This document shows, piece by piece, positions 61,901-64,000 of a stretch of DNA of 64,000 nt (its first letter is position 1; the number at the start of each line of letters is the position of its first letter). The notes below the pieces were generated by a model, which worked only from the letters and a program-made list of their open reading frames with translations, was not told where the DNA came from and did not search any database. The DNA lies in NCBI GenBank assembly GCA_963719085.1, contig CAVRAL010000001.1, positions 204,096-268,095 on the forward strand, written 5' to 3'. This DNA comes from a candidate division FCPU426 bacterium. Lineage in GTDB: Bacteria; Oederibacteriota; Muellerivitia; Muellerivitales; Muellerivitaceae. The position numbers and the translations under genes were made by a program.

Positions 61901-62343
61901 AGGAAGTTTATGGACGCTTTATTTTGGAAGACCTTCATTCCCATATCGACGTGATCGCTTGGCCGGAAGTGTTTAAAAAATACCAACCCTTTCTGACGAA
62001 GGAAAGGCTGGTCGCGGTCCGGGGCCGGTTGGATAAATCGGGCGACCGGGTTCAATTGATCGCCAATGAGATTTTGGACGTGAAGGATATGGCCGGAAAA
62101 TGGGCCAAGGGAATCAACGTGGATTTAAATATGGTCGGCATGGACGCGGACCTTTTAGTCCGTCTCAAGGAAATTTGCGAGAAGTTTCCGGGAACCATTC
62201 CGGTCACTTTTAGGCTTCAAACGACCCACCGGGGCTTGATGGTCATGGAGGCGGGCGAAGAGCTAAAGGTGAGTCCCAGCCAGGCTTTCATCAAGGCCAT
62301 GAATGACGCCGTGGGCGAGGATTCGGTCCAGATCGAGGTTTAA
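58906..62343 (+). CDS. dnaE: DNA polymerase III alpha subunit
   Basis: 1145 aa. The PHP domain begins [15 protein letters not shown]. Also present are [29 protein letters not shown], the finger motif [10 protein letters not shown] and a C-terminal OB fold. Confidence 0.97.
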   Translation: [1145 protein letters not shown]

Positions 62344-62356
62344 TAATTCGATTTTT

Positions 62357-62470
62357 GCATTGATAAACGCGGATGAACGCCGATTGAAGATTTACGGAAC
62401 TATGCCTTTGACAAAGCAGGCAAGGCCCGTCTTTTGAAACAATGATAAATGCCGATGACGAGTGATGTTT
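62357..62470 (+). repeat. GATGAACGCG-word arrays, two direct degenerate copies (same word family as 49841-49874)
   Basis: Copy 1 is GCATT GATAAACGCG GATGAACGCC GATTGAAGA (62357-62389). Copy 2 is AAT GATAAATGCC GATGACGAGT GATGTTTGAA (62441-62473 approx). I found no clear inverted partner arm. Confidence 0.6.
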
Positions 62471-62493
62471 GAAACGTAAAAATCAGGCCTTTC

Positions 62494-62528
62494 GCCGCTT
62501 TTCATTTAATAAAGTTATGGAAAGCGGC
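62494..62528. repeat. 10-bp hairpin nested inside a 9-bp long-range inverted repeat
   Basis: GCCGCTTTTC (62494-62503) pairs with GGAAAGCGGC (62519-62528), including one G-U. It is enclosed by TGACGAGTG (62456-62464) and CACTCGTCA (62538-62546). It sits between the convergent dnaE and Wzy_C-TPR genes. No adjacent U-tract is present on either strand. Confidence 0.6.
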
Positions 62529-62633
62529 ATTATCCCGCACTCGTCAGAATGATATTTAATAAGGAACTGTGGGGAATCAGCCTCGCTCAATGTTTCAACA
62601 GGTCTTGTTTTGCGTAGTGAATGTTCCTGAAGT

Positions 62634-64000
62634 TTATTTTTGGTTTTCGGATTCCCCAAGGAATTTGTCGATCTGGGGATTGTTCGGGTCTAAGCTTTTC
62701 GCCTTTGTAAGGTCCGCCTGGGCCAACTTCCGTTTCTTTTCATCCAAATAAATAAGTCCCCGATAAAAATAAGCCGTTCCATAATTCGGGCTGTGGGCAA
62801 GGGCCAAAGTCAGTTCCGCCAAGGCTGGATCTTTTTGGCCGTTTTGGTATTTTTCCAAGGCCAATTGGGTCAGGGTCTTCGCCGTAAAGTCCGAATCCAA
62901 GGCGAAGGCTTGGTTCAATTGATTTTGGGCTTCGGGGCCCTGGCCATCGGCCTCGAGCGCTTGGGACCAGTTCACCCGAAAATAGGGGCTGGCCGGCGCT
63001 AATAGAACCGCTTGCTGATAGTCTTTTGCGGCCGCGTCTAAATAACTCTTATCGTAAAGGGCCAATTGGGCTTCGACCCGGCCTAAATCATTGTAGTAGT
63101 AGGCGTTGAATGGGCTTTGATGGATCGCCAACAGGTAATAGCCCCGGGCGCTCACAAGGCATATCTTTTCATGGGCCGAATCCAAATGGGCCCGTTCCTC
63201 ATAGGCCAATCCCGTGTAAAGGGCATATTTTACTTCCAACGGACAAAGCGCGCGGGCTTTGTCAATTTCTTGGATCCCATAATTGGAATAAGTGGTCAGC
63301 CGATCGGGGTCCATGTTGGGATCATGACGCTTCAAAAGCTCATTGACCGCGTTGCCATGCCCAAAAGCCACGTCGGCCGCCAAGCGGGTAATGGAAAAGG
63401 TGAAAAGCCCGAGGCTGAGGATGATCGCCAAGCCGCGGTTCAAAAAAGAAGCGAGTGGCTTGGGCTGGACCGGGGTCTCCGGAATGGCAGTGGGGCCGCT
63501 TGAAAGCTTTTGGACGGCGGCCAGGCAAAAAAACCAGAGAAAATTAATCGAGGCGACGCCGAAGCTGAACAAGTTTTGGACTTGGTAGGCAACCGCGCAG
63601 CCCAAAAGGGCCAAAAGAATACCCCGAACTTGAAGAGAACCCCGCTTATAAGCCTTGGACCAAGCGCGGACAAAAAAAACAAGTATCGAAAGATAAGCGG
63701 CCAGGCCGAGAAATCCCGAGGTGGAGGTGATTTGAAGCAGCTCGTCATGGGCCGCGCGGGAACTCATGAACATTCCGTCGATCTCATTGAACTCGATGCC
63801 GCTGTAATAGGGAAAGGCGATTTTAAAGGTATCCAGGCCGACGCCGTGGAGGGGGTTGGTGGCGATCATCCGCAGGGCTGGCCGCCAAATATGGAGCCGT
63901 GAAACAGCCAAACTGTCGCCGGCATGAAGGACGGAAGTGAAAAGCCGTCCAAAAAAAGAATAGCCGAAGAATAAAAACAAAAGAAGCGCGGCGCCCGCGA
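62634..64000 (-). CDS. O-antigen-ligase-like (Wzy_C) membrane protein with C-terminal TPR repeats. The N-terminus lies beyond the window.
   Basis: The reading frame stays open upstream of the ORF-track TTG at 63980, up to the window edge. Wzy_C-like loop RAAHDELLQITSTSGFLGLAAYL. The C-terminal TPR units are YYLLAIHQSPFNAYYYNDLG, DYQQAVLLAPASP and YFYRGLIYLDEKKRKLAQADLTKAKSLDPNNP. It has the same architecture as 41603-43513. Confidence 0.75.
   Translation of the reverse strand, partial: AGAALLLFLFFGYSFFGRLFTSVLHAGDSLAVSRLHIWRPALRMIATNPLHGVGLDTFKIAFPYYSGIEFNEIDGMFMSSRAAHDELLQITSTSGFLGLAAYLSILVFFVRAWSKAYKRGSLQVRGILLALLGCAVAYQVQNLFSFGVASINFLWFFCLAAVQKLSSGPTAIPETPVQPKPLASFLNRGLAIILSLGLFTFSITRLAADVAFGHGNAVNELLKRHDPNMDPDRLTTYSNYGIQEIDKARALCPLEVKYALYTGLAYEERAHLDSAHEKICLVSARGYYLLAIHQSPFNAYYYNDLGRVEAQLALYDKSYLDAAAKDYQQAVLLAPASPYFRVNWSQALEADGQGPEAQNQLNQAFALDSDFTAKTLTQLALEKYQNGQKDPALAELTLALAHSPNYGTAYFYRGLIYLDEKKRKLAQADLTKAKSLDPNNPQIDKFLGESENQK

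Overview
This is a 64-kb chromosomal window from a moderately GC-rich bacterium that I cannot assign to a named taxon. It looks diderm: it has an autotransporter ending in an OMP-type C-terminal Phe and Wzy_C/O-antigen-ligase-like genes. The core (3.1-23.9 kb, + strand) is a complete division/cell-wall (dcw) cluster in canonical order: mraZ, two STAS-domain genes, rsmH, ftsL, ftsI, murE, murF, mraY, murD, ftsW, murG, murC, murB, ddl, ftsQ, ftsA, ftsZ. An MraZ-type operator and a sigma70-like promoter sit upstream.

Downstream of the cluster, in order:
- Peptidoglycan-remodelling genes: NodB deacetylase, Amidase_3 and PgeF.
- A Gly-rich autotransporter and an Ogg-type glycosylase.
- A regulatory block: an NtrC-like regulator with a degenerate AAA+ core, a GAF histidine kinase, a REC-HTH regulator and HU.
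- Two tandem paralogous very large polytopic membrane proteins and a Wzy_C+TPR protein.
- rel-ridA, a Zn-ribbon/Pro-Ala-rich membrane protein and guaB-guaA.
- A frameshifted S1/P1 nuclease.
- Small accessory genes: DUF1330, a lipoprotein, a CheY-like regulator behind a consensus sigma54 promoter, a sulfotransferase and a choice-of-anchor-L surface protein.
- pfpI, a rhodanese-like gene, yaeQ, clpS, dnaE and a second, partial Wzy_C+TPR gene.

A partial sulfatase-like membrane gene (1-1521, minus strand) is missing from the ORF track because it runs off the window.

I saw no transposases, integrases, CRISPR arrays, tRNAs or rRNAs.

The most unusual signal is non-coding. Almost every non-overlapping gene junction in the dcw operon, and several junctions elsewhere, holds a long hairpin. 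Each arm is about three tandem copies of a short word: CCAAGNCG (8 nt), CACAGAGTKA (10 nt), GATGAACGCG (10 nt) or AAGTTYT (7 nt). The arms flank a variable A/T-rich loop and no U-tract follows. The architecture is conserved while the word differs between families. The elements split the operon into translationally coupled blocks and create false N-terminal extensions on murF, murD and murB.
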